Origin: a bacterium
GTDB taxonomy: Bacteria; JACRDZ01; JAQUKH01
Length of the DNA stretch: 58,891 nt
NCBI GenBank assembly: GCA_028719205.1
Contig: JAQUKH010000012.1
Coordinates: forward strand, 1 to 58,891
Direction: 5' to 3'
Numbering within the stretch: the first letter of the stretch is position 1; every line of letters starts with the position of its first letter. Below the pieces are notes generated by a model. That model worked only from the letters and a program-made list of their open reading frames with translations. It was not told the DNA's origin and ran no database searches. The position numbers and the translations under genes were made by a program. Positions 36,944-47,104 of the stretch are shown in pieces.

Positions 36944-37200
36944 TGGATAAAGAGCTGAAAGAGGAATGTATCCTGGTTTTTCAGACTACGCACAGGACAT
37001 TGCAGGCGGAAAATATTTTAAAAAAAGAGAAGATCAAAATCAAGATTGTATTAAAACCGCGTTCAATTACAACTGATTGCGGACTGGCAATTAGATTTAA
37101 CGCTGAAGACAAAGACGTTATTTTTAAAATTATCAAAAATAATAATTTATCATTAATGGGTGTATATAGCAGGAGCGGAGAAAAATGGATAAAACTCTAA
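36943..37200 (+). CDS. DUF3343 family putative S/Se carrier
   Basis: FQTTH..LQAE..L...PRSITTDCGLAIRF; overlaps the desulfurase stop. Confidence 0.75.
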   Translation: MDKELKEECILVFQTTHRTLQAENILKKEKIKIKIVLKPRSITTDCGLAIRFNAEDKDVIFKIIKNNNLSLMGVYSRSGEKWIKL

Positions 37201-38714
37201 TAAAAATATTGCATAAAGGATTTATTTTTTGTGTCTTGTTTGCCGTATATTTTAATTTACATGAAAATATTTTCGCGAAAGATGACCAGAATTGCTCTGA
37301 ATGCCATGCTCAGAAAAATATGCGTAAATATGATGATGACGGCAAGCTGACAGAGCTTTTTACGGATAAAGATATGTATGACCATTCCATACACGCGAGA
37401 TTAACCTGCCAGACCTGTCATACCAGTGTCAAGAGTACTCCGCACAAGACGGAAGAAATTGAAAAAGTAGATTGTTCAGCGGAATGCCATATAGATGATA
37501 CAACTATTCCAAAAGCATATCGTCATAAGGCGCAGTATGATACCGTGTTCCGAAGTGTCCATGGCGCGAGTTTTGAGGAGAAAAATGTATGCGGCTGTCA
37601 TGACCCTCATCGTATGACGAAAGCCGGGGAATTAAGTTCAAATGAGGCTATAAGAGAATGTCTTAAATGTCATAATGACGTGTACATGATGAAAAAACAT
37701 AAGGTTTCAATAAAACCGCAGGAAACTTATGCTAATTCGCTTCATGGAGAGATGATGAAATTTGGCGATACTCTCGCGCCTAGTTGTATTTCCTGCCATA
37801 ATTACCATGATATTCGAAGAAAAGATGATCCAAAATCCACTCTTCATTTCGGTAATTTATTAAAAGTTTGTAAACTGGAAAGCTGTCATCCAAGCGCCAG
37901 GCCCGCGTTCGCGGAGGGGAGTATCCATTTTATTTACCGCGGGTCCAGAAAAAAAATCATATATTGGATAGAAGAAATATTACTTTATATTATGCTTCTT
38001 ACTGTCGTGGGGATGCTGATCCATTATATTATGGATTTTTTAGGCAAAGGGAAAGAACGCAGGAAGAGTTTAAATATCATAATCAATATTATTATTCTTT
38101 TATTTATTGCCGGAAGCGCCGGCGGGTATTATTATTTTAATATTAATAAAAAATTACCGTTTAAATTTGATACATTTAATCTAAGCGCTGAATTCCGCAG
38201 TGTCTGTTATACATGTCATGGAGAGATCGTTCATAAAAAAAATAAAATTAACAGGGCATTTATGAACAGGCATACGCAAAAGATCGTTTGTGAAACATGC
38301 CACTTAAAAAAGAAAGAAATAGTGGAAAAAGAAAAAGTTTTAGCCGCCGCGGGAGATGATAGTACATTGGTTGTACAGGAAAAAGGCGAGATCATGTATC
38401 GCTGGTATGATGGAAGCGGCCGGTTTCTCGCGGGTTTGCGGGGTAATGACGGAGATGACAAAGCTAAGATTTCCCCATATTTTCAAAATGATAAAGAAAT
38501 AACATTTATTTTATCGGATAAAGAAGGTAAAACTCCTTTGGATTTTGCTGTTTCAAAACGGGGCAGGGAATGTTCTGAGTGCCATAAAAAAGAAGGCCTG
38601 CTTGATTTTAAGGTATTAGGTTATTCTGATATAAGAATAAAGAAAATGGAAGAGTTGAATGTTTATAAGCGGATGCAGAAAGGCGAAACATTTTTCCAAC
38701 AGCAATTATTCTAA
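37185..38714 (+). CDS. Membrane-anchored multiheme c-type cytochrome (7 CxxCH plus 3 atypical motifs)
   Basis: Signal peptide; CSECH, CQTCH, CLKCH, CISCH, CYTCH, CETCH, CSECH; atypical CSAECH, CGCH, CKLESCH; two central TM helices. Confidence 0.9.
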   Translation: MDKTLIKILHKGFIFCVLFAVYFNLHENIFAKDDQNCSECHAQKNMRKYDDDGKLTELFTDKDMYDHSIHARLTCQTCHTSVKSTPHKTEEIEKVDCSAECHIDDTTIPKAYRHKAQYDTVFRSVHGASFEEKNVCGCHDPHRMTKAGELSSNEAIRECLKCHNDVYMMKKHKVSIKPQETYANSLHGEMMKFGDTLAPSCISCHNYHDIRRKDDPKSTLHFGNLLKVCKLESCHPSARPAFAEGSIHFIYRGSRKKIIYWIEEILLYIMLLTVVGMLIHYIMDFLGKGKERRKSLNIIINIIILLFIAGSAGGYYYFNINKKLPFKFDTFNLSAEFRSVCYTCHGEIVHKKNKINRAFMNRHTQKIVCETCHLKKKEIVEKEKVLAAAGDDSTLVVQEKGEIMYRWYDGSGRFLAGLRGNDGDDKAKISPYFQNDKEITFILSDKEGKTPLDFAVSKRGRECSECHKKEGLLDFKVLGYSDIRIKKMEELNVYKRMQKGETFFQQQLF

Positions 38715-38725
38715 ACATTAAAGAA

Positions 38726-41700
38726 ATGCAAAAATTAAATCGGATTCGTATAATACTTTTTTCTTTTTCAATACTATTAATTTTTGTATATATTCCTTTT
38801 ACTTTTGCCCAGGAACAGCAAAAACCGCAAGAATCGCAAGAACCTCAAAAAGCTCAAGAGCCTCAAAAAGTTCAAGAACCTCAAAAAGCTCAAGAGCCTC
38901 AAAAACCGCAGGAACAAGGCCAGGCAGCAGTTAAAGAAGAACCTGTAGCACTTGAAAAACAGGATATCTCAAATGAAGAATGCGTTAAATGCCATTTTGA
39001 AGAGGATCCAAATCTGAAGGCCGGTTTGGGCTCGGATATTATTACATATAAGGGTGAAAAATATGTAGCGGATGAGATGATGTGTTATAGTTGTCATGAT
39101 GGTTCGACTCTGGATGACCGGTCTGTCCGGTGGCAGGGGATGCAGCATCCTATGGGGATGAAACCTTCTGAAAAGGTAATTATACCCCCGAAATTCCCGC
39201 TTACAAAAGACGGTAAACTATATTGCGGCTCATGTCATACCCCTCATGCTGTTCAAGGTTCAAGCAACCTTCGGAAAGAGACAGTTAATTCTTCTTATTG
39301 TGAGTTATGCCATGTAAAATTAAGCCAGGGAAAGAAAACAGGTGATCATCCTGTTAAAGTTGTTTTTAGCAAAAAGCTTCCTAAGGAACTTGCCGGGACA
39401 AACGCCAAGATATCTTTATCTGATAAACCGGGTGAAGAAGGTAAACCGATCCTGATATGCCAGACTTGCCATGTTGTTCACGGCGCGCCTAAGGGAACCG
39501 AGAAATTACTTGTAATAACAAAAAAAGAGGGAGGAGTTTCAGGCCCGCAGCTTTGTGAAATTTGCCATGACAATAATCCAAGCAGAGGTGAATATAAGTA
39601 TGGTACAACAAGCCATTCTATAGATGTTATCCCGAGCGAGGGGAGTAAAATTCCTGATGAATGGGAACCCGGGAAGAAAAGTGTAAAAGGCGATAATGGA
39701 AGATTAACCTGCAGAACCTGCCACACACCGCATTTCGCGGCAAAAGAATCTGCCATGCTTGTTATTGATAACAAAAAAGGAGCGTTTTGTCAGAAATGCC
39801 ATACAAAGTACAGGGGAGAGGGAATAAAGGAGAAAAATACCGGCGCGCATCCTGATATGATAAAGCCAAAAGAGGATATGAAAATTACCAAAGTTGTCGC
39901 GTCCCGCCTGGAAGAAGGTATGGTGACCTGCAATACATGCCATACAAATCACAATTCAGCTGAAAATAAATTTCCGGGAAATCCAAAAGCATTATTAGTA
40001 AGTAATAATGATAATTCCAATTTTTGTAAAAGTTGCCACGAGAATGATTTCAGCATAAGCAAACAAGATGCTGAAGAAAAAGGCAACCATCCTGTCGGGA
40101 TTAAAACCGAAAAAGTTAAGTATTTACCAATTTTAAAGATCTCTGAGTTAGGCGGCAGGTTAAGCAATGAAAATCAGGTTGTTTGTAATAGTTGCCATAG
40201 AACGCATGGCGGAGTAAAGGGGACAGGAAATCTTCTTGCCACTACTGATGACGGTAAATTATGCGGATATTGCCATCAGGATTATGGGATAGAGGGTTTG
40301 GATTTTCGTGTAAAAATGATAGATACCACCAAACTTGATTTATTAAGGAAGGGTTATAATTCCTCGGAAATTATGATTGAAAAAGAGGATGTTCATATTG
40401 ATTATAGTAAAGTAGTTCCCGCGTCTTCGCATCCCATTAATCGCACATCGGAATTTGTAAAAATAAATAAAGATATTCTGGATGCCGGCGGCAAATTGGA
40501 TAAAGATAATAAAATTATTTGCCATACGTGCCATAAATCACATGGCGCGTATAAAAATACCGCTAATTTGGTTATGGAAAATAGTAATTCCGGTTTTTGC
40601 CGGAAATGCCACAAGGATAAAGAGCCTGTATTAAATAGTGAGCATAGTTTAGTTAAGATCGCGCCGTCTGATAAAAATATTTATGGAAAGACGCAGGCTG
40701 AAAGCGGTATTTGCGGAATCTGCCATGTGGCTCACGGCGGAACAGTAACCACAATGTTTAGCCGTGAAATTGATACAACCTTAAACGATCCGGTGTCTGA
40801 GATGTGTCTCAGCTGCCATACAAAAGGGAAGAATGGAGAGAAAAAACCGGTCGGCGAGTACCGGCATAGCACTAATATCGCTATAGAAGAGACGAACCGT
40901 AAAGAAACATCACTGCCCTTGTATGATAAATTAGGCAAGATCATACGGGTTGCCCCTAAGACTATAAACAAAGAAGGATTTGTTACATGCGGATCATGTC
41001 ACAATGTCCACCAATGGGATCCTCTGGATTCAAGCAAGGGAAGTGTTGAAAATCAGGAAGGTGGAAGTAACAATAGTTTTTTACGTATGGTTTATAATAA
41101 AAAAGAATATAAATTCTGCGGAGAATGCCATATTGGATATGAGGCTGTTGAAGGAACAGAACACGATCTAAGGGTAACAGCCCCTAAGGAGAAAAATAGC
41201 AGGGGTGAAACAGCTGAAGAAAGCGGGGTTTGCGAGAGCTGTCATTATATACACAACGGCAATCAGGCAAACATTTGGGCTAAGGAAGTAAAAGGAGATG
41301 CTGATAATGTAACACTTTTATGCCGTGAGAGCTGTCATTGGCAGGGAAAATCCGGAGAAAAAAAATTAACAGGAAAAAATTCTCATAGTGTTTTTGTCAG
41401 TATGAAATTTACGGACGGGGAAACGTTATTACCTCTTTATGACAGCAGCGGAAGAGCTGTTAAAGGTAAAAGAAAAGAGGAAAGAAAAAATGAGCTTTTA
41501 GTAACCTGCGGAAGCTGTCATAATGTTCATCAATGGGACCCTGAAGATTCAACTGCCGGCAGGGATAAGAAAAACATTGAAGGGACCCGTTTAAATAGTT
41601 TTTTAAGAATAAAAGATAAAGAGGAATCAGAATTATGCATGGATTGTCACGCTAATAAACCTACTTCCCGTACGGAACATGATATGCGCGTTGTGGCTAA

Positions 41701-44700
41701 AGATGAGAAAAATATCCTGAAGCAAAATACATCAGAGAGCGGTATTTGCGGCGCGTGCCATATAGTGCACAACGCGAAAGATACGATCCTCTGGTCCAAA
41801 GAGTTGGATACAACTACAGGAAAAGGCGGGGCGATCACAAGAGAATGTGAAAGCTGTCATATGGAAAAGAAGTGCGGTGAAAAGAAATTGATCGGTAAGA
41901 TAACACATCCTATAGATTGCGGGCTCCCGGGATATGAGGTGGTTCCGACTTTGCCTTTATACAGCGATTCGGGTAAAAGAATGTGGCCGAAAGAAAATGA
42001 AAAAAATATATATGGGAATGTGACTTGCGCTTCCTGCCACGACTCGCATCAATGGGATCCGAATGATACCTCAAAAGGCCGTGATAATAAAAATGAAGAA
42101 GGAAATGTGTCAAATAGTTTTCTTCGCATGAGAGATGATTCTACCTCCGTTCTTTGCGGGAATTGCCATGTTGAAAATGTATTAATTCTTAATACTGAAC
42201 ATGACCTGAATGTTTCCGCGCCGAAATCGGTTAATGTTATCAGGCAGACTGTTAAAGAATCAGGGACTTGCGGGGCCTGTCATTTGATCCATAACGGGCT
42301 GGAGTTAAAACTTTGGGCAAGAGTGCCGGTAATTGTCGAGGGTGATCTTATAGCGACTCTTTGTTTCAGCTGTCATTCTGCCGGAAATTGCGCGGAGAAA
42401 AAACAAACAGGCAAATTTTCCCATCCGACAGGCATATCAATTTTTGAAGCAGGATTAACTACAAGCCTTCCGCTTTTTACTCAGGATATAGAAAAGCGGG
42501 TAGATGGTAAAATGTATTGCAATACATGCCATAGTGTCCATCAATGGACTCCGTCTTTTCGCGGGTCCGGCCCAGGTGTTAATACAGAGGGAGACGGGAC
42601 AAATAGTTTTTTAAGGCTGCGTAATGATAAAGAATCTACCCTTTGCCTTGACTGTCATCAGTTGGAAGCGTTAATGGTCAACACGGATCACGATCTGTCG
42701 GTAACAATTCCCAACGAACAAAATATTAATAAAGAAGTAGTAGCTCAATCCGGTTCCTGTTCGGCTTGTCATCTTCCTCATAACGGCGGTGAAGGCCAGA
42801 GATGGGCTAAGCCGTTAGGGCCCGGGGATGACCTCGTGACTAAACAGTGCCAGAGTTGCCATTATGAAGGCAAGATCGCGGGAACAAAGGTGGGCACGCA
42901 TAGCCATCCTATTAACGTAACGATCTCAAAAAAAGATATGTCAACTTCATTACCTTTATATACCATAGATGGTAAAGTAGATAATGTAGAAGGCGGGATA
43001 AGCTGCCTTACCTGTCATTTTGTCCATCAGTGGAGCCCGAATCAGTTTGAAAAACAAGACCGGGCGTCAGGTATTTTTGATGTAGAAAATATTAAAAGTA
43101 AGATCATGGGAAAGATAGTTCATGTTTCGGAAAAATTTTCATATATTGATCCGACAGGTTATCCGGCAAGCAGGGAACTTAATGAAGGAGAGATCCTTTC
43201 AATTGTAAAAAAGAAAAAGATAGCCGCGAAACTAAAAGTTGAGAAGGTAAATCCTTTCTCAGCAAACTTCAAGATTTTCGCCCAAACCCTTTCCATAGAT
43301 GAAGATGTTGTTCTGGAAGTCGGAGATGAGGTTTTGGACGACCGGCAAATGCAAAAAGGCCTGGAAGGAGACGGAAGAAATAGTTTTTTAAGAAAAGATA
43401 ACGGTATATCAACCGCGTTATGTATGGATTGTCATTATAAATATATTGGGACAATAGGAACGGATCATGACCTGTCAGTGACTTTTCCGACCGCGAAAAA
43501 CGCTGCAGGGTATACTGTTTTTGAATCCGGTATTTGTTCTTCCTGTCACCTGGCTCACGGAGGTACCGGACGTTCAATTGCGGCACAAGCATTAACTGTC
43601 GGACAGCCGGACAAAGAAGATTTACCTGTTTTTAAACCCCTTTGCTACGCGTGTCATCGTGACTCCGGCGGAATGGCTGACCAAAAGAAAATTTCCGTGC
43701 ATCATAAAATTTTTAAATATCCGGAATACAGTAAAATGGTTGTTATTCCTACATTTCCCTTCCCTTTCTATACTAAAGATGACCTGCTTTGGAAAGGAAA
43801 GGATGATATGTATATGAGTTGCGCTACCTGTCATGACCCTCACCAGTGGGATCCTGAAAAGAAAAACAGCCGTCATCCGATTGATCCAAAGACCGGGAAA
43901 TATGTAGTAAAAGTTGAAGGTGATGATACCAACAGTTTTTTAAGAATGCGTAATGATAAGTGGCAATTATGCAATAGCTGCCATACCTCTGAGGTTCATT
44001 TACAGGCAGAAGAAATGTTAAAAAGCGTGGGCCTTTGGCAAAATCTTGGGACAACTGCTGTTATGGGTACAGGAGAACCAGAGACGACAACAGTTGCTTT
44101 ATCCTCAACTTTGGTTAACAAGACAGTTGAGAATATAGCTTTATCAGCAATAGATGCTACCAATGTCAATTTAAAAAACGACACAACAAGTGTTGTTAAT
44201 GTTAGTTTAAAAAGTGATACCGGTATAGTTATGGATACTGCTTTAGCAGTAAAAGATACCGCCAATGTCAGTTTTAAAAAAGACACGACAAGTATTGTTA
44301 ATGTTAGTTTGAAAAGTGATACCGGTATAGTTATGAATACAGCTTTAGCAGCGATAGATACCGCTAAAATCAGTTTAAAAAGTGATACCGGTGTAGCCGC
44401 GGATACCGCTTTAGCAGCAATAGATACCACTAATGTCAGTTTAAAAAGTGATACCGGTATAGCTGCGGATACAGCTAATATTACAGAGTTGCAGGATACA
44501 ACCTTAGGCCCTTCTCCTGAGGAATTAGCACTTCAGGAGAAACCAAAGGTTATAGCGTACAGATATGAGCGTCCAATCCGTATTTCAAAAGATTTTCGTA
44601 TCAGTATTACCTTTAGTGAAATGCTGAATATTAATATTACTCCCAAGATCACATTAATCAGTGATGGAAAGAGGTCTCCGGTAGTTCCTGACACAGGCGG

Positions 44701-46306
44701 AACTTTTGGCACAAGTGAATTTGAGAACGATACTTATATAACTCCCCCGATTGCGATGGAAGAAGACATGGGAGGCAATATTACTATTGTTGTTGAGAAG
44801 GCAGAGGGTGTTGTTGAGAATGTAATGGATGTTACCGCGGAGCATACTTTCTTTTTTGATACCAGGCCCGAGACGCTGGAATTTTACAGGACCGCGAAGC
44901 TTACTGTGAAAGAGGGAAGTTACACCCTTTCTCCGGAAATAACTCTTTTAATGGAAGCAAAAGGCGCAATGAAAGTTCTGATCAGCGAAGATCCCGGTTT
45001 TAAAGACGCGACATGGATGAATTTTAAACCGGAAAATAAATTTATGCTTTCTAAAGGGGATGGAGAAAAGCTGATCTATGTTAAATATAGAAAGGGTGAT
45101 GAGCTTGAAACGGCTCCTATAAATGTAAAGGTTGTTTTGACAGGCGCAAAGAACGAAAGTGAACTTCGCGGAACAATTACTGACAATATAAGATTGACTG
45201 CCGCAGGCAGCCCGTATATTGTCCGCGGGCAGGTAAATCTACCTGCCGGTTTTTCTATGACGATTGAACAGGGAGTAAAGGTTTTGTTTGATGACTTAAG
45301 TTACAGCCAGAAGCAGAACGAAAAGGGAAAGTTAATTATTGAGGGGAATCTTACCGTTCGCGGAACAACAAGTATTCCTGTAATATTTACATCACGTAAA
45401 GAAAATCCCGCGCCAGGGGATTGGGAAGGTATTTCTATTATTCGTTCTAAAGCCCTAAGTGCACTTGAAGGATTCATCCTGAATTATTCTAAAAACGGAA
45501 TTTATCTGGAAGCGGCAATATTCCTGATAAAAAATGGAAGTATTGAAAAATGTTCCGAGTCCGGAGTTGTTTGCGCTGACCGTTCTGACGGCAGAATTAC
45601 AGAATGTTCTATAATGGAAAATAACTTTGGGGTATCGGTTCGACAATCTAATCCTGTAATTAATAAAAATACAATTTTAAAGAATAAAATAGGGATAACA
45701 TCTAAAGCGGTTTCTAAACCTAAGATAGCTACCAATACCATTAAATTTAATGAGATCGGGATAAATTGTGAAGAAATATCCAGCCCATGGATCCTGGATA
45801 ATTTAATCTCTGAAAATAGTAGAGGTATCCGGTGCGCGATTTACTCACCGCCAATTATAGCTAATAATGAAATAACAAAAAACAGCGAGTCAGGGATCTA
45901 TATAGATGAAGCATGCCCGATGGTCTTTAAAAATATAATAAAAGAAAATAAGGTCGGTATTCAAATTGAGAACGATTATCGTAAATTCCTGATAAGTTAT
46001 AATAACATAACAAATAATATCGATTACGCCGTTAAAATGGATAAATATATTATGCAGGTTAACGCGATTGATAATTACTGGGGAGCTGAAAAACGAGAGA
46101 TAATTTCGAAATTAATTTATGACGGGAATTCAATTAAAGAAGAAGTAAAAGTTGAAAAAGAGGTCGTAAAAGAAACTTTTACTATGTTTTCGGCGGAAGA
46201 AAAAGAAGAACTGCCGGAAGAAGAGAAAAAAGTTAAACTGGGTTTGGTAAAATATCTTCCGTATCAGATTGAGCCGATAAAGGATGCCGGCATATCAACA
46301 GAATAG
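38726..46306 (+). CDS. Giant multiheme cytochrome c (37 CxxCH + 1 CxxxCH) with DT-rich stalk and C-terminal beta-helix
   Basis: Signal peptide, manual motif count, six HQW..NSFLR repeat modules, C-terminal domain similar to the 34858-35772 protein. Confidence 0.93.
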   Translation: MQKLNRIRIILFSFSILLIFVYIPFTFAQEQQKPQESQEPQKAQEPQKVQEPQKAQEPQKPQEQGQAAVKEEPVALEKQDISNEECVKCHFEEDPNLKAGLGSDIITYKGEKYVADEMMCYSCHDGSTLDDRSVRWQGMQHPMGMKPSEKVIIPPKFPLTKDGKLYCGSCHTPHAVQGSSNLRKETVNSSYCELCHVKLSQGKKTGDHPVKVVFSKKLPKELAGTNAKISLSDKPGEEGKPILICQTCHVVHGAPKGTEKLLVITKKEGGVSGPQLCEICHDNNPSRGEYKYGTTSHSIDVIPSEGSKIPDEWEPGKKSVKGDNGRLTCRTCHTPHFAAKESAMLVIDNKKGAFCQKCHTKYRGEGIKEKNTGAHPDMIKPKEDMKITKVVASRLEEGMVTCNTCHTNHNSAENKFPGNPKALLVSNNDNSNFCKSCHENDFSISKQDAEEKGNHPVGIKTEKVKYLPILKISELGGRLSNENQVVCNSCHRTHGGVKGTGNLLATTDDGKLCGYCHQDYGIEGLDFRVKMIDTTKLDLLRKGYNSSEIMIEKEDVHIDYSKVVPASSHPINRTSEFVKINKDILDAGGKLDKDNKIICHTCHKSHGAYKNTANLVMENSNSGFCRKCHKDKEPVLNSEHSLVKIAPSDKNIYGKTQAESGICGICHVAHGGTVTTMFSREIDTTLNDPVSEMCLSCHTKGKNGEKKPVGEYRHSTNIAIEETNRKETSLPLYDKLGKIIRVAPKTINKEGFVTCGSCHNVHQWDPLDSSKGSVENQEGGSNNSFLRMVYNKKEYKFCGECHIGYEAVEGTEHDLRVTAPKEKNSRGETAEESGVCESCHYIHNGNQANIWAKEVKGDADNVTLLCRESCHWQGKSGEKKLTGKNSHSVFVSMKFTDGETLLPLYDSSGRAVKGKRKEERKNELLVTCGSCHNVHQWDPEDSTAGRDKKNIEGTRLNSFLRIKDKEESELCMDCHANKPTSRTEHDMRVVAKDEKNILKQNTSESGICGACHIVHNAKDTILWSKELDTTTGKGGAITRECESCHMEKKCGEKKLIGKITHPIDCGLPGYEVVPTLPLYSDSGKRMWPKENEKNIYGNVTCASCHDSHQWDPNDTSKGRDNKNEEGNVSNSFLRMRDDSTSVLCGNCHVENVLILNTEHDLNVSAPKSVNVIRQTVKESGTCGACHLIHNGLELKLWARVPVIVEGDLIATLCFSCHSAGNCAEKKQTGKFSHPTGISIFEAGLTTSLPLFTQDIEKRVDGKMYCNTCHSVHQWTPSFRGSGPGVNTEGDGTNSFLRLRNDKESTLCLDCHQLEALMVNTDHDLSVTIPNEQNINKEVVAQSGSCSACHLPHNGGEGQRWAKPLGPGDDLVTKQCQSCHYEGKIAGTKVGTHSHPINVTISKKDMSTSLPLYTIDGKVDNVEGGISCLTCHFVHQWSPNQFEKQDRASGIFDVENIKSKIMGKIVHVSEKFSYIDPTGYPASRELNEGEILSIVKKKKIAAKLKVEKVNPFSANFKIFAQTLSIDEDVVLEVGDEVLDDRQMQKGLEGDGRNSFLRKDNGISTALCMDCHYKYIGTIGTDHDLSVTFPTAKNAAGYTVFESGICSSCHLAHGGTGRSIAAQALTVGQPDKEDLPVFKPLCYACHRDSGGMADQKKISVHHKIFKYPEYSKMVVIPTFPFPFYTKDDLLWKGKDDMYMSCATCHDPHQWDPEKKNSRHPIDPKTGKYVVKVEGDDTNSFLRMRNDKWQLCNSCHTSEVHLQAEEMLKSVGLWQNLGTTAVMGTGEPETTTVALSSTLVNKTVENIALSAIDATNVNLKNDTTSVVNVSLKSDTGIVMDTALAVKDTANVSFKKDTTSIVNVSLKSDTGIVMNTALAAIDTAKISLKSDTGVAADTALAAIDTTNVSLKSDTGIAADTANITELQDTTLGPSPEELALQEKPKVIAYRYERPIRISKDFRISITFSEMLNINITPKITLISDGKRSPVVPDTGGTFGTSEFENDTYITPPIAMEEDMGGNITIVVEKAEGVVENVMDVTAEHTFFFDTRPETLEFYRTAKLTVKEGSYTLSPEITLLMEAKGAMKVLISEDPGFKDATWMNFKPENKFMLSKGDGEKLIYVKYRKGDELETAPINVKVVLTGAKNESELRGTITDNIRLTAAGSPYIVRGQVNLPAGFSMTIEQGVKVLFDDLSYSQKQNEKGKLIIEGNLTVRGTTSIPVIFTSRKENPAPGDWEGISIIRSKALSALEGFILNYSKNGIYLEAAIFLIKNGSIEKCSESGVVCADRSDGRITECSIMENNFGVSVRQSNPVINKNTILKNKIGITSKAVSKPKIATNTIKFNEIGINCEEISSPWILDNLISENSRGIRCAIYSPPIIANNEITKNSESGIYIDEACPMVFKNIIKENKVGIQIENDYRKFLISYNNITNNIDYAVKMDKYIMQVNAIDNYWGAEKREIISKLIYDGNSIKEEVKVEKEVVKETFTMFSAEEKEELPEEEKKVKLGLVKYLPYQIEPIKDAGISTE
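38837..38905 (+). repeat. 18-bp coding tandem repeat (QEPQK[A/V])
   Basis: CAAGA(A/G)CCTCAAAAAG(C/T)T about four times. Confidence 0.85.
44137..44480 (+). repeat. Coding repeat array (ALAAIDT.NVSLKSDTG)
   Basis: Recurrent AGTTTAAAAAGTGATACCGGT and GCTTTAGCAGC units. Confidence 0.85.
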
Positions 46307-46312
46307 AATAAA

Positions 46313-47104
46313 ATGGATATAGAATATAACATGGATTTAAATCATCCGGTTGATTTGATGGTATACCGTTTTGACGCCAGGGCAAAAATTATTTTCTTAT
46401 TTTCTATTTTTATTGTTATTTTTTCAATAAAGACGTGGGCTGGTATTCTTATATTTTGTTTATTTTACGGGTCTATTATCTTATTAAGTAAAATACCATT
46501 AGAAAAATTATTTAGCGGTGTTAAGACATGGTTAATAATAATTATTTTATTGTGTATGTTCCCTTTGTTTGTTATAAAAGGCCGGCAGTTTATTCATATA
46601 GGATGGATAAATATCACTTATGAAGGGATAAGAGAAAGCGAAATACTTTTCGCTAAACTTTTTTTAACCTCATTGGGCGCTAAGATCCTGACCGCGACAA
46701 CATCAATAAGTCAGATTATATTAGCTTTTAAGTATTTCTCGTATCCTTTAAAAATATTCGGGTTTTCTGACGATGAAATGGGACTTATAATAAGTGTTGG
46801 TATCGGATTCATCCGGTTTTTCACGAAAGAGGCAAAAGAAATCATTCAAATCGGGAATCTACGCGGAATTGACTGGAATCCGGGTAATATTTTCAGACAG
46901 CCTTCAAAGTTTTTGTTTTTAATACAGGCGATAATAACCCGTATGTACATCATTGGTTTTAATATAGAAGAATCTTTAGAACTCTATGGATATAACCAAT
47001 GCGGCATAAAAACATCTTTTTATGAACTAAAATGGAAGCTGGCAGACAGTATCCCGATTTTTTGTATTATTTTATTAGGTTTAGCAGTTTATTATGTTAA
47101 TTAG
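46313..47104 (+). CDS. EcfT/CbiQ-like transmembrane protein (divergent)
   Basis: [20 protein letters not shown] near the coupling helix; no EcfA or S component adjacent. Confidence 0.7.
   Translation: MDIEYNMDLNHPVDLMVYRFDARAKIIFLFSIFIVIFSIKTWAGILIFCLFYGSIILLSKIPLEKLFSGVKTWLIIIILLCMFPLFVIKGRQFIHIGWINITYEGIRESEILFAKLFLTSLGAKILTATTSISQIILAFKYFSYPLKIFGFSDDEMGLIISVGIGFIRFFTKEAKEIIQIGNLRGIDWNPGNIFRQPSKFLFLIQAIITRMYIIGFNIEESLELYGYNQCGIKTSFYELKWKLADSIPIFCIILLGLAVYYVN

Noticed and set aside
35783-37200. Selenoprotein (TGA read-through) near the desulfurase/DUF3343 pair
   Set aside because: Both ORFs use Cys at the expected sites and end in TAA; no in-frame TGA is needed
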